A stretch of 64,000 nt of DNA from an uncultured Stakelama sp. Lineage in GTDB: Bacteria > Pseudomonadota > Alphaproteobacteria > Sphingomonadales > Sphingomonadaceae. Position 1 is the first letter of the stretch. Each line of letters starts with the position of its first letter. Location: assembly GCA_964639855.1 (NCBI GenBank), contig CAZXFY010000013.1:6756-70755 (forward strand). The letters run 5' to 3'. The notes beneath the pieces are model-generated. The model was given only the letters and a program-made list of their open reading frames with translations, made no database searches and was not told the origin of the DNA. This document shows positions 37,530-46,185 of the stretch, piece by piece. The position numbers were made by a program, and so were the translations under genes.

Positions 37530-38504
37530 ATGCCCCGCAAGCTCACCCGCGCCCAGCGTCTGGAGAATCGCGCCTTCCTGGCCGCGCTCGCCCGCACCGG
37601 CAACGCCCGCGAGGCCGCGCGCCGCGTCGGCGCCCACCGCGCCAAATTCACCCGCCGCCGCGCCAATCACCCCGATTTCGCCACCCAATGGGACGCCGCC
37701 CTCGCGCTCGCCCACGCAACGCTCCAAAATCCTCCCCAGCCTGTCCCCGCGAAGGCGGGGAGGGAGGGGGGCCAAGCCGCAAAGCGGCTTGGTGGAGGGG
37801 GCCCCGCGCCACAATCCTCCCTCCGCGAAACCGTCCACCGCACCCCCTCCGGCCGCCTCCAGCTCCGCCGCCCCGGCGGGCGCCGACGCCTCGGCCGAGC
37901 GGCCGAGCAGGCCTTCCTCGCCGCGCTCAGCGCCACCGCCAACATCCGCTTGAGCGCCGCCGCGGCCGGCTTCACCCACGGCGCTTTCTACGCCCACCGC
38001 CGCCGCAATCCCGGCTTCGCCCGCGAATGGCGCCTCGCGCTCCAGATCGGCTATGATCGGATCGAGGCCGCGCTCCTCGAAGGCTTCCGCCCCGACGCGT
38101 ATGAGGACGATGGCTGGCGCCACAACGATCCCCCGCCGATCCCGAAGATGAGTCCGGGCCAGGCGCTCCAGCTCCTCTACCTCCACCAGAAGGAGGCGCG
38201 CCTGTGGACCGAGCCCGACTACATCAAGCGCCGCCGCGGCGAGAGCAAGGAGGCGCATTCGATCCGCCTCGGCGCCATGTACGAGGCCCGCCTCCAGCGC
38301 GACCGCGAGGCCTTCGCCCTGGCCGAAGCCGCCCGCCGCGAGCGCGGCTGGCCGTCCCCCTTCGAGCCCGATCCCCCGACGCTCCCCGCGCTCGATCAGG
38401 TGACGGGGTGGAGCGAGGCCGATCCGAACAAGCCGCCGCATAATGAGGACCGGGCGCTGTTCGGCGGCTGGCGGATCGAGGATTGGGAGAAGGGTGAGGA
38501 GTGA
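37530..38504 (+). CDS. Hypothetical protein with two tandem HTH-like repeats (terminase-small-subunit-like motif)
   Basis: AFLAALARTGNAREAARRVG...FATQWDAAL and AFLAALSATANIRLSAAAAG...FAREWRLAL. Start at ATG 37530 with SD agga. Confidence 0.75.
   Translation: MPRKLTRAQRLENRAFLAALARTGNAREAARRVGAHRAKFTRRRANHPDFATQWDAALALAHATLQNPPQPVPAKAGREGGQAAKRLGGGGPAPQSSLRETVHRTPSGRLQLRRPGGRRRLGRAAEQAFLAALSATANIRLSAAAAGFTHGAFYAHRRRNPGFAREWRLALQIGYDRIEAALLEGFRPDAYEDDGWRHNDPPPIPKMSPGQALQLLYLHQKEARLWTEPDYIKRRRGESKEAHSIRLGAMYEARLQRDREAFALAEAARRERGWPSPFEPDPPTLPALDQVTGWSEADPNKPPHNEDRALFGGWRIEDWEKGEE
37730..37806. repeat. Left half of the murD-type element, in frame in the linker of the tandem-HTH gene
   Basis: tcctcccc...ccccgcgaaggcgggg-agggagggggg-ccaagccgcaaagcggcttgg-tggagggggcccc; same layout as 62340-62396. 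Confidence 0.75.
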
Positions 38505-38535
38505 TCGGCCGCGTATTCAGGCGCCGTCGTGCCTC

Positions 38536-38829
38536 TTACGCCGCCGCCAGCAACGGCTCGATCCGCTCCAGCTCCAGCTCGAACTGCCGGCGCAGGAACT
38601 CGGCTTCCTCGGGCGGCAACCAATTGGCCATCTGCGGAAACACGACCTGATGATATTGGTGCGTCCGCCGGTCCCACGGCGCGGTGTCGCGCGCGGCCCG
38701 CGCAACGGCGAGGATCGCGTTCAACTCCTCGCGAATGCTCTGCGGATCGACATGAGTCGGGTCCGGCCGCGTGTCCTCCAGCCCTAATCCGAGCTGCGCC
38801 GGTCCAAAAAGATCGTCTTGATCGCCCAT
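38536..38829 (-). CDS. Small hypothetical protein (97 aa), divergent from the R-M gene
   Basis: MGDQDDLFG...IREELNAILAVARAA..APW...VFPQMANWLPPEEAEFLRRQFELELERI; reads as a natural helical protein. Confidence 0.7.
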   Translation of the reverse strand: MGDQDDLFGPAQLGLGLEDTRPDPTHVDPQSIREELNAILAVARAARDTAPWDRRTHQYHQVVFPQMANWLPPEEAEFLRRQFELELERIEPLLAAA

Positions 38830-38993
38830 GCGCGTTCCATGCCACGCGACTGCCCAAAAGGGTGTCTGTGGAAAACGGGGAAATCGGGGGTAAGAGTCGG
38901 AAATGCGGTGAACGGTGATCGACACCGCCCGGCGCCCTCTCACTTGCAGGAAAAGCTTGCCCATGCGACCAGCGTTCCGATGACGGGGGAGCG

Positions 38994-41900
38994 ATGACGC
39001 AAGACGAGCGTGTTCAAGCGGCTGTGAGCAAGTTTGGCGCGGCGGCGAAGGTCAAGCTCGCCAACCCCGCCGCCACGGGCCAGCCCGAGGACCAGCTTCG
39101 CGGGCCGCTGGAAACGCTGTTCGCCGCGCTTGCCGAGGCCGCCGGCCAACCCGCAGGCGCGACCGTGCTGGTCGGCGAAACCTCGCTCGCCGATCTCAAG
39201 ACGCGGCCCGATTATTCGGTGACGAGCGGCGCGGGGAAAGCCAAGGCGCTGATCGGCTTCATCGAGGTGAAGGCGCCCGGCAAGGGCTTCGACCCGCGCA
39301 AGTTCAAGGACGAGCACGACAAGGCGCAATGGGCGAAGCTCAAGGCGCTGCCCAATCTGATCTATACCGACGGCAACGGTGTCTCGCTGTGGCGCAATGG
39401 CGAGATCGTCGGCGCCCCCGTCGCGCTCGATGGCGATGTCGAAATATCGGGCGCCGCGCTCGCCGCGCCGGCCGCGTTGCTGCCGCTGATCCACGATTTC
39501 CTGACCTGGACGCCGATCGCGCCCAAGAAGCCGGGCGAGCTGGCGGTGACGGCGGCCCGGCTCTGCCGCTTTCTGCGCGACGAGGTGCTGGAGCAGCTCG
39601 AGCGCGACAATGCCGATCTGAAGGGGCTCGCCGGCGATTGGCGCGCACTGCTGTTCCCGGACGCGAGCGACGAGCGCTTCGCCGACGGCTATGCGCAGGC
39701 CGTCACCTTCGGGCTGCTGATGGCGAAATCGCGCGGGCTGGCGCTGAGCGACGGGCTCGATCGCGTCGCGAAGGAGCTGGGCAAGACCGACACGCTGATC
39801 GGCGCGGCGCTGCGCCTGCTGACCGAGCAGGAGGTGCTCGGCCCCTCGCTCGATACGCTGGTGCGCGTGCTCGACGTGGTCGATTGGGCCGTGATCGCCA
39901 ACGGCGATCCCGAAGCGTGGCTCTATTTCTACGAACAGTTCCTGGAGGTGTACGACAACAAGCTCAGGAAGCTGACCGGCAGCTATTACACCCCGCCCGA
40001 GGTGGTGCAGGCGATGGTGCGGCTGTGCGACGAGGCGCTGAAAAGCCCCGCCCGCTTCAACCGGCACAAGGGGCTGGCCGATAGCGGCATCGAAATCGCC
40101 GATCCGGCGGTGGGCTCGGGCACCTTCCTGCTCGCGCTGCTCCGCCACATCGCGCGCGCGATCGAAGAGGATCAGGGCAAGGACGCGGTCGGCCCCGCCA
40201 TCGCGGAGGTCGCCAAACGGCTGTTCGGCTTCGAGCTGCAATTCGGCGCCTATGCCGTCGCCGAGCTTCGGCTGCTCGCCGAGATGATCGACCTCAAGGC
40301 TGCCGGCAGCCCGCGGCTGTTCGTCACCGATACGCTGAGCGATCCCTACGCGCCGATCGAGGCGGGGCAGGGCATCTACAAGGAGATTTCCAAACAGCAC
40401 GCCGCCGCCGCCGAGGTGAAGCGCGCCGAACCGATCACGGTGGTCATCGGCAACCCGCCCTACAAGGAAAAGGCGAAGGGCAAGGGGAGCTGGATCGAGA
40501 GCGGCAGCGGCAACAAGGCCGCGCCGCTCGACGATTGGCAGCCGCCCCGGAAATGGGGCGTCGGCGCCCACGCCAAGCATTTGCGCAACCTCTACGTCTA
40601 TTTCTGGCGCTGGGCGGCGTGGAAGGTGTTCGAACAGGGCGCCGGCGGGCGCGACCGCGAGCCGCCGGTCGAGGAGAAAAGGTCGGGGCTGGTCTGCTAC
40701 ATCACCGTCGCCGGATTCCTGAACGGCCCCGGTTTCCAGAAGATGCGATCCGATCTGCGCCGCGACTGCGACGAGATCTGGGTGATCGATTGCTCGCCCG
40801 AGGGGCACCAGCCCGAAGTGGCGACGCGCATCTTCGAAGGCGTCCAGCATCCGGTGTGCATCGTCCTCGCCTCGCGCTCGCCGGGCAACGATCCGAACGT
40901 GCCGGCCAAGGTCCGCTTTCGCTCGCTCGCCAAGGGCAACCGCAAGGACAAGTTCGCCGAGCTGGCGGGGATCGCGCTCGGCGGCGCGGGCTGGAGCGAC
41001 GCCGCGCGCGACTGGCGCGCGCCCTTTCTGCCGGAGTTCACCGGTGGCTGGGCCGATTTCGTCCCGCTAGATGCGGTGATCGGCGATAGCGGATCGGGCG
41101 TGATGCCGGGGCGGACGTGGATCATCGCACCCGACGAAAGATCGTTACAAAGGCGATGGGAAAGGCTGCTCGGCGAGAAGGATACGGCGAAGCGGGCGGC
41201 GTTGTTTCACCCACACGAAGGCGGCGATCGCACGACCGCCAAACCCAGCAAGGCGCTCTCCGGCAAACATGAGGCGCTCGCCTCAATCGACTTTGCGCTG
41301 ACCAAAGGCGATAGCACCGATCCGAAGGAGGCCAGCGACGCGGCGAAGGCGCGCTCACTTCAGCAGCCGGTGCGCTACGGCTTTCGATCGTTCGATCGCC
41401 AATGGATCATTCCCGACAACCGGCTCATCAATCGTCCCAATCCCAACCTATGGGCGGCGTATGGCGACCAGCAGATATATCTCACGGCATTAATGGCGCA
41501 CAGTCCGACAGACGGACCCGCTGCAACTTTCACAGCGCAAATACCCGACCTCCATCAATACAAGGGTTCGTTCGGCGGCCGCGCATTCGCTCTCTGGAAA
41601 GACGCTGCCGCCACCCAAACCAATGTCACCGCGCCGGCGCTCGCCGCGCTGGCGCGCGCTTACGGCGCGGCGCCCGATCCGGTCGACGTGTTCGCCTATG
41701 TCGCCGCCTTGCTCGCTTGCCCCGCCTATACCGAGACGTTCCGCGACGACCTGATCCGCCCCGGCCTGCGCGTGCCGCTCACCGCCAGCAAGCCGTTGTT
41801 CGACGAAGCGGCGGCGCTCGGGCGTGAGGTGATCTGGCTGATGACCTTCGGCGATCGCTTCGGTGCTCAGGTGGGGGGCGGCCGTCCCGCCGGTCCGCCG

Positions 41901-42317
41901 CGCCTGCCCGACGGCCGCCGCCCGCGCGTGATCGACGGCCACGGTATTCCGGCGACGCCCGAGGGTTTCCCCGACAGCATCGACTATGACGCGGCGGCGC
42001 GGCAGCTCATCATCGGGACGGGGCGGATCGGCCCGGTGACGCCGGCGATGTGGGCCTATCAGGTCTCGGGCAAGCAGGTGCTGCGCCAGTGGTTCAGCTA
42101 TCGCAAGAAGGACCGCACCCGCCCGCAGATCGGTGACCGCCGCAAGCCTTCAGAACTCGGCGATATCCAGCCCGAAACCTGGCTCCCCGAATATACCGAG
42201 GAACTGCTCAACGTTCTCAACGTGCTCGGCCTGCTGATCGACCTCGAGCCGAAGCAGGCCGACCTGCTGAAGCGCGTGGTGGACGGGCCGCTGATCCCGG
42301 CGGGGAAGGTGGTGTGA
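38994..42317 (+). CDS. Single-chain restriction-modification enzyme (type IIG / type ISP-C-terminal-like: nuclease + N6-adenine MTase + TRD)
   Basis: PD-(D/E)XK-like RPDYSV...FIEVKAPG, GSYYTPPEVV, motif I DPAVGSGTFL, motif IV VIGNPPY, YRSFDR-like FRSFDRQW, and YQVSGKQVLRQWFSYR. No helicase Walker A seen. Confidence 0.88.
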   Translation: MTQDERVQAAVSKFGAAAKVKLANPAATGQPEDQLRGPLETLFAALAEAAGQPAGATVLVGETSLADLKTRPDYSVTSGAGKAKALIGFIEVKAPGKGFDPRKFKDEHDKAQWAKLKALPNLIYTDGNGVSLWRNGEIVGAPVALDGDVEISGAALAAPAALLPLIHDFLTWTPIAPKKPGELAVTAARLCRFLRDEVLEQLERDNADLKGLAGDWRALLFPDASDERFADGYAQAVTFGLLMAKSRGLALSDGLDRVAKELGKTDTLIGAALRLLTEQEVLGPSLDTLVRVLDVVDWAVIANGDPEAWLYFYEQFLEVYDNKLRKLTGSYYTPPEVVQAMVRLCDEALKSPARFNRHKGLADSGIEIADPAVGSGTFLLALLRHIARAIEEDQGKDAVGPAIAEVAKRLFGFELQFGAYAVAELRLLAEMIDLKAAGSPRLFVTDTLSDPYAPIEAGQGIYKEISKQHAAAAEVKRAEPITVVIGNPPYKEKAKGKGSWIESGSGNKAAPLDDWQPPRKWGVGAHAKHLRNLYVYFWRWAAWKVFEQGAGGRDREPPVEEKRSGLVCYITVAGFLNGPGFQKMRSDLRRDCDEIWVIDCSPEGHQPEVATRIFEGVQHPVCIVLASRSPGNDPNVPAKVRFRSLAKGNRKDKFAELAGIALGGAGWSDAARDWRAPFLPEFTGGWADFVPLDAVIGDSGSGVMPGRTWIIAPDERSLQRRWERLLGEKDTAKRAALFHPHEGGDRTTAKPSKALSGKHEALASIDFALTKGDSTDPKEASDAAKARSLQQPVRYGFRSFDRQWIIPDNRLINRPNPNLWAAYGDQQIYLTALMAHSPTDGPAATFTAQIPDLHQYKGSFGGRAFALWKDAAATQTNVTAPALAALARAYGAAPDPVDVFAYVAALLACPAYTETFRDDLIRPGLRVPLTASKPLFDEAAALGREVIWLMTFGDRFGAQVGGGRPAGPPRLPDGRRPRVIDGHGIPATPEGFPDSIDYDAAARQLIIGTGRIGPVTPAMWAYQVSGKQVLRQWFSYRKKDRTRPQIGDRRKPSELGDIQPETWLPEYTEELLNVLNVLGLLIDLEPKQADLLKRVVDGPLIPAGKVV

Positions 42318-42393
42318 GGGCAGCCCGACGCGAGAGGTAATCTCCCGGTGTCTACCCCTCGCCACCCCGTTATCGAGCCCGGGTCCCTTTCTC

Positions 42394-42492
42394 CGTCATG
42401 CTGAACTTGGTTCAGCATCCATGGCGCAACAGCCGCCGTTGCGCGTGACGCGAATGGTGCGCCATGGGCCCTGAAACGAGTTCAGGGTGACG
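42394..42492. repeat. Long CGTC-type REP dimer
   Basis: cgtcatgctgaacttggttcagcatcc ... gggccctgaaacgagttcagggtgacg. Confidence 0.9.
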
Positions 42493-42631
42493 GTGGGGAT
42501 GGGGAGCCCGACGCGGGAATAAATTTCGCGTCGTGGTGGACGGGGGCTAGCGCCTTTTACCCGCCGTCCTGCCCGCCCCGTTCGGCGGGTCTCATCCTCC
42601 CGGTTATCGGCCGGGCGGCGCTGGCTCTGTT

Positions 42632-43168
42632 CTACTTGCTGCGCTCGACTTGTTCAAAGTCCAATTCAACGGGGGTCGCGCGGCCGAAGATGCTGACGGA
42701 AACCTTCACCTTGGCCTTGTCGAAATCGAGCTCCTCGACCACGCCGTTGAAGCTCGCGAACGGGCCTTCCAGCACCTTCACCGCGTCGCCGATCTCGTAA
42801 TCGACCTTGATCTGCGTCTTGGGCGCGGCGGCGGCTTCCTCCTTGGAATTGAGCATCCGCGCGGCTTCCTTGTCGCTGATCGGCTGCGGCTTGCCGCTCG
42901 CGCCCAGGAAGCCCGTCACCTTCGGCGTGTTCTTGACGAGGTGATAGACGTCGTCGTTCATGGCGAGCTTGGCGAGCACGTAGCCGGGCATGAACTTGCG
43001 CTCGACCTGCACCTTCTTGCCGCGGCGCGCCTCCGTCACCGTCTCGGTCGGCACCTCGATTTGCTCGACGAGGCTTTCGAGGCCCATCCGCTCGGCCTCG
43101 GCCATGATCGCATCGCGGACCTTGCCTTCGAAGCCCGAATAAGCGTGAATGATGTACCAGCGCGACAT
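42632..43168 (-). CDS. nusG: Transcription elongation factor NusG
   Basis: RWYIIHAYSGFE, KFMPGYVL, TPKVTGF, GPFASFNG, VSIFGRATPVELDF. Confidence 0.98.
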   Translation of the reverse strand: MSRWYIIHAYSGFEGKVRDAIMAEAERMGLESLVEQIEVPTETVTEARRGKKVQVERKFMPGYVLAKLAMNDDVYHLVKNTPKVTGFLGASGKPQPISDKEAARMLNSKEEAAAAPKTQIKVDYEIGDAVKVLEGPFASFNGVVEELDFDKAKVKVSVSIFGRATPVELDFEQVERSK

Positions 43169-43204
43169 GTGTTTGGTGTGTCCTTCTTGTCCGTCGGTCC
43201 CGGG

Positions 43205-43402
43205 TCAGCCCGCGAGCGAGAGCAGCGCCTTGACGATCGCGTCGAAAACCGAATCGGTGGCGAGGAAGAAGAGCGCGAGCAGCGACGTCATGATGATCAC
43301 CATCACCGACGTCATCACCGTCTGGCGGCGGTCGGGCCACACCACTTTTCTGGTCTCGGCCTGTACCTGCCGGATGAACTCGATCGGGGTCGTCTTCGCC
43401 AC
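43205..43402 (-). CDS. secE: Preprotein translocase subunit SecE
   Basis: FIRQVQAETRKVVWP plus one TM segment; lies between tRNA-Trp and nusG. Confidence 0.96.
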   Translation of the reverse strand: MAKTTPIEFIRQVQAETRKVVWPDRRQTVMTSVMVIIMTSLLALFFLATDSVFDAIVKALLSLAG

Positions 43403-43476
43403 GGGCTTGCTACTTCTCGAAATGTCCGGAAAGCGCGCGAGATAGCGCTCGCGGGCGCGGATGACAAGGCGGGTGA

Positions 43477-43553
43477 TGGCAGGGGCGCTCGGATTCGAAC
43501 CGAGGGCCTTCGGTTTTGGAGACCGACGCTCTAACCAGCTGAGCTACGCCCCT
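43477..43553 (-). tRNA. tRNA-Trp (CCA)
   Basis: AGGGGCGTAGCTCAGCTGGTTAGAGCGTCGGTCTCCAAAACCGAAGGCCCTCGGTTCGAATCCGAGCGCCCCTGCCA; cloverleaf with anticodon CCA and encoded 3' CCA. Confidence 0.98.
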
Positions 43554-43602
43554 ATCCCCGCCCCTCTACTCACATGTTTTTGCGCGGGCAAGATAGTGTG
43601 GA

Positions 43603-45975
43603 TCAGGCGACGGCGGCGGCCGGATCGCCGTAGCGGCGGCAGGCGATCTCGCGGGCTTCCTCGACCGGAAGCGGGCGGCCGAAATAATAGCCCTGTACCT
43701 TCGTGCAGCCGAATTCCTGCACCATTTCGTGCTCCTCGGCGGTCTCTACACCCTCTGCGGTGGTCGCCATGTCGAGGCTCTGCGCGAGCGCGACCACCGC
43801 GCGGATGATCGCGATCGCCTCCTTCTTCTCCTTGGACGCGCCCTGGACGAAGCTGCGGTCGATCTTGATCGTCGAGAAGCGCGTGCGCGAGAGATAGGCG
43901 AGCGAGGAATAGCCGGTGCCGAAATCGTCGAGGCTGAGGCGGATGCCGAGATCGAGCAGCCGTTCGAGCACGGTGGTCGCGCAGGTGCCTTCGTGGAGGA
44001 AGACGCTCTCGGTCACCTCGAGCTCGAGCCGGTCAGGCGAGAGCCCGCTTTGCGAGAGTGCCTGCGCGACGGTCGTCACGAATTGCGGGTTGTGAAGCTG
44101 CTCGGCCGAAACGTTGACCGCGACGCGAATGTCCGAGGGCCAGCGCGCCGCTTCCTCGCACGCGGCGCGCAGCACCCATTCGCCGATCGGTGCGATCAGG
44201 CGCGCTTCCTCCGCGAGCGGCACGAACTTGTCGGGAGGCACGATGCCGAATTCGGGGTGGGTCCAGCGCAACAGGGCTTCGAAGCCCGTCAACGAGCCGG
44301 TCTCGGCATCGACGACGGGCTGGTATTGGAGGTGCATCTCCTCGTTCGCGAGCGCCGCGCGAAGCGCCATTTCGAGGACGCGCCGCTCCTCGGCCTGGAC
44401 GTGGAGCTGGGGCTCGTAGATGTGGAAGCCCGCGCCGCCGCCGTCCTTGGTGCGGTAGAGCGCGAGGTCGGCCGAACGGATCAGCATTTCGGCGGTGCGC
44501 CCGTCGCGGGGGCCGATCGCGACGCCCACCGACGCGCCGATATAGAGCGTGTTCTGATCGACCTCATAGGGTCGCGAGAGCGTCTCGATGATCGACAGCG
44601 CGAGCTTTTCGATGCGGTGCGTGTCGCCCGCATCGCGCATCACGACCGCGAACTCGTCACCGCCGAGGCGCCCGCACATCTCGTTGTCGCTCATCAACTG
44701 GCCGAGCCGCTCGGACACGCGGCGCAGCAAGCGATCGCCGATCGGGTGGCCGAGCGTATCGTTGACTGCCTTGAAGCGATCGAGATCGATCATCATGAAG
44801 GCGCAGCGCGAGCCCCATTTCTCCGCCTCGGCCATCGCCTTGCCGAGCGTCTCGTTGATGTGGAGCCGGTTGGGCAGCCCCGTGAGCGTGTCGAACCGCG
44901 CCATCCGGTTGATCCGGTCCGCGGAGGCGCGCTGCTCGGTCACGTCCGAGCCGACACCGCGAAAACCGCAAAAGCGCCCATCCTCGTCGAAGCGCGGGCT
45001 CGCCGTCATCTCCCACCACCGCTCTTCGCCGCGGACATGGACCGGAAGCAGCAGATCGCGAAACGCCTCGCGCTGCTTGAGCCTGTCGGAGAGATTGCGC
45101 AGGCCGTTGGAGAAATCGCCCGCCTCCCATGTCGGGCCGGCGAGGATCTGGAGGAACGACATGCCGTTGATCTTCAGCGGATCGAGCCCGACCGCATGGC
45201 AGAAGCGCGGGCTGGCGCGCACGACCCGGCGTGCCGCATCGATCTCCCACAGCCAGTCGGCGCCCTGGTCCTCGAAATCGCGCAGCAGCAGCCGTACGGT
45301 CTCGTCGCGCTCGGCAAGCGCAATCTCGCCGGCACGGATCACGACGAGCGCGCGGCCGCGGGTGAAGCAGCCGAGCATGAGCAGGATCGTGAACAGTGCG
45401 GTGCCCATCGCCAGCAATGGGCCGCTGACCAGCGCCGCCACCGCCGTGACCGCGCCGCCGAGCAGGCCGAGAAAAGCGAGCGTCGCAAGCGGCAGTGCGG
45501 CGAGCGCCACCGCCGAGGCGGTCATCAGCAGCGAGATCACCACCCACAGCCCGAGCGCCGCACCATTCGTCGCCTGCGGGCCGATCGCGAAGGGAACCGC
45601 GGACCAGATGGCGGCGAGGCCGATACCGTCCAGCACCGTGTCGCGTACGTCGCGTACGCTTGCGGTGGTGGCGCCGCGATGCCGCGACGAAAGCCTGCGG
45701 AGCGCAACGATCGTGCTCACCAGCGTGACCAGCCCCGCCCAGGCGGCGAGCACCCACGCCGGCATCAGCGTGGTCGCGAGCAGGGTGACGATCGCTGCGC
45801 TGATCACGTTGACGCCGAGCAGGAACAACGCGAGCTGCGCGCCGGCATGGAGCTGGGCGGCCCGGATCGGACCCCAGTCGGTCGAATCCTCCGGATCGTA
45901 CAGGCCCAGCAACGCGCGGGCATCGATCCGCGGCGTCGCGAATTCTGAAGTCTGGCTGCTCACGCACGCACACAT
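43603..45975 (-). CDS. Membrane PAS-GGDEF-EAL protein (c-di-GMP turnover)
   Basis: N-terminal TM segments, PAS DWLWEID, DTLTGLPNR, RLGGDEF, FEALLRW, LDDFGTGYSSL, EGVET. Start uncertain by a few codons. Confidence 0.93.
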   Translation of the reverse strand: MCACVSSQTSEFATPRIDARALLGLYDPEDSTDWGPIRAAQLHAGAQLALFLLGVNVISAAIVTLLATTLMPAWVLAAWAGLVTLVSTIVALRRLSSRHRGATTASVRDVRDTVLDGIGLAAIWSAVPFAIGPQATNGAALGLWVVISLLMTASAVALAALPLATLAFLGLLGGAVTAVAALVSGPLLAMGTALFTILLMLGCFTRGRALVVIRAGEIALAERDETVRLLLRDFEDQGADWLWEIDAARRVVRASPRFCHAVGLDPLKINGMSFLQILAGPTWEAGDFSNGLRNLSDRLKQREAFRDLLLPVHVRGEERWWEMTASPRFDEDGRFCGFRGVGSDVTEQRASADRINRMARFDTLTGLPNRLHINETLGKAMAEAEKWGSRCAFMMIDLDRFKAVNDTLGHPIGDRLLRRVSERLGQLMSDNEMCGRLGGDEFAVVMRDAGDTHRIEKLALSIIETLSRPYEVDQNTLYIGASVGVAIGPRDGRTAEMLIRSADLALYRTKDGGGAGFHIYEPQLHVQAEERRVLEMALRAALANEEMHLQYQPVVDAETGSLTGFEALLRWTHPEFGIVPPDKFVPLAEEARLIAPIGEWVLRAACEEAARWPSDIRVAVNVSAEQLHNPQFVTTVAQALSQSGLSPDRLELEVTESVFLHEGTCATTVLERLLDLGIRLSLDDFGTGYSSLAYLSRTRFSTIKIDRSFVQGASKEKKEAIAIIRAVVALAQSLDMATTAEGVETAEEHEMVQEFGCTKVQGYYFGRPLPVEEAREIACRRYGDPAAAVA

Positions 45976-46123
45976 AGGCGCGTCTGGTTAGCGGAAGGTT
46001 AGAAGGGGCGGCCGGAAATCAATTTTGGCCATGCGGCGGAGAGAAGGCGAAGGCATCGGTGCGCCGGTACGATTCCGGCGCTCATAGTTGCGCACGAACC
46101 CAGGCGGGTTCGCCCGGGCGTCC

Positions 46124-46151
46124 GAGACCCCGGAACAAACCCAGGGTGACG
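46124..46151. repeat. Right arm of a CGTC-type REP (left arm degenerate)
   Basis: gagaccccggaacaaacccagggtgacg. Confidence 0.65.
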
Positions 46152-46185
46152 TGCTTTCCGCGGGAGCGTAACCGTAGCGGCGTGC

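Noticed and set aside
38994-42317. Complete type ISP (LlaGI-like) or type I HsdR enzyme
   Set aside because: No Walker A or DEAD/DEAH helicase motifs were seen, and the length fits nuclease + MTase + TRD only.
43477-43553. tRNA-Trp as the integration site of the R-M insert
   Set aside because: secE and nusG lie between them, no duplicated tRNA 3' end was seen, and there is no integrase.
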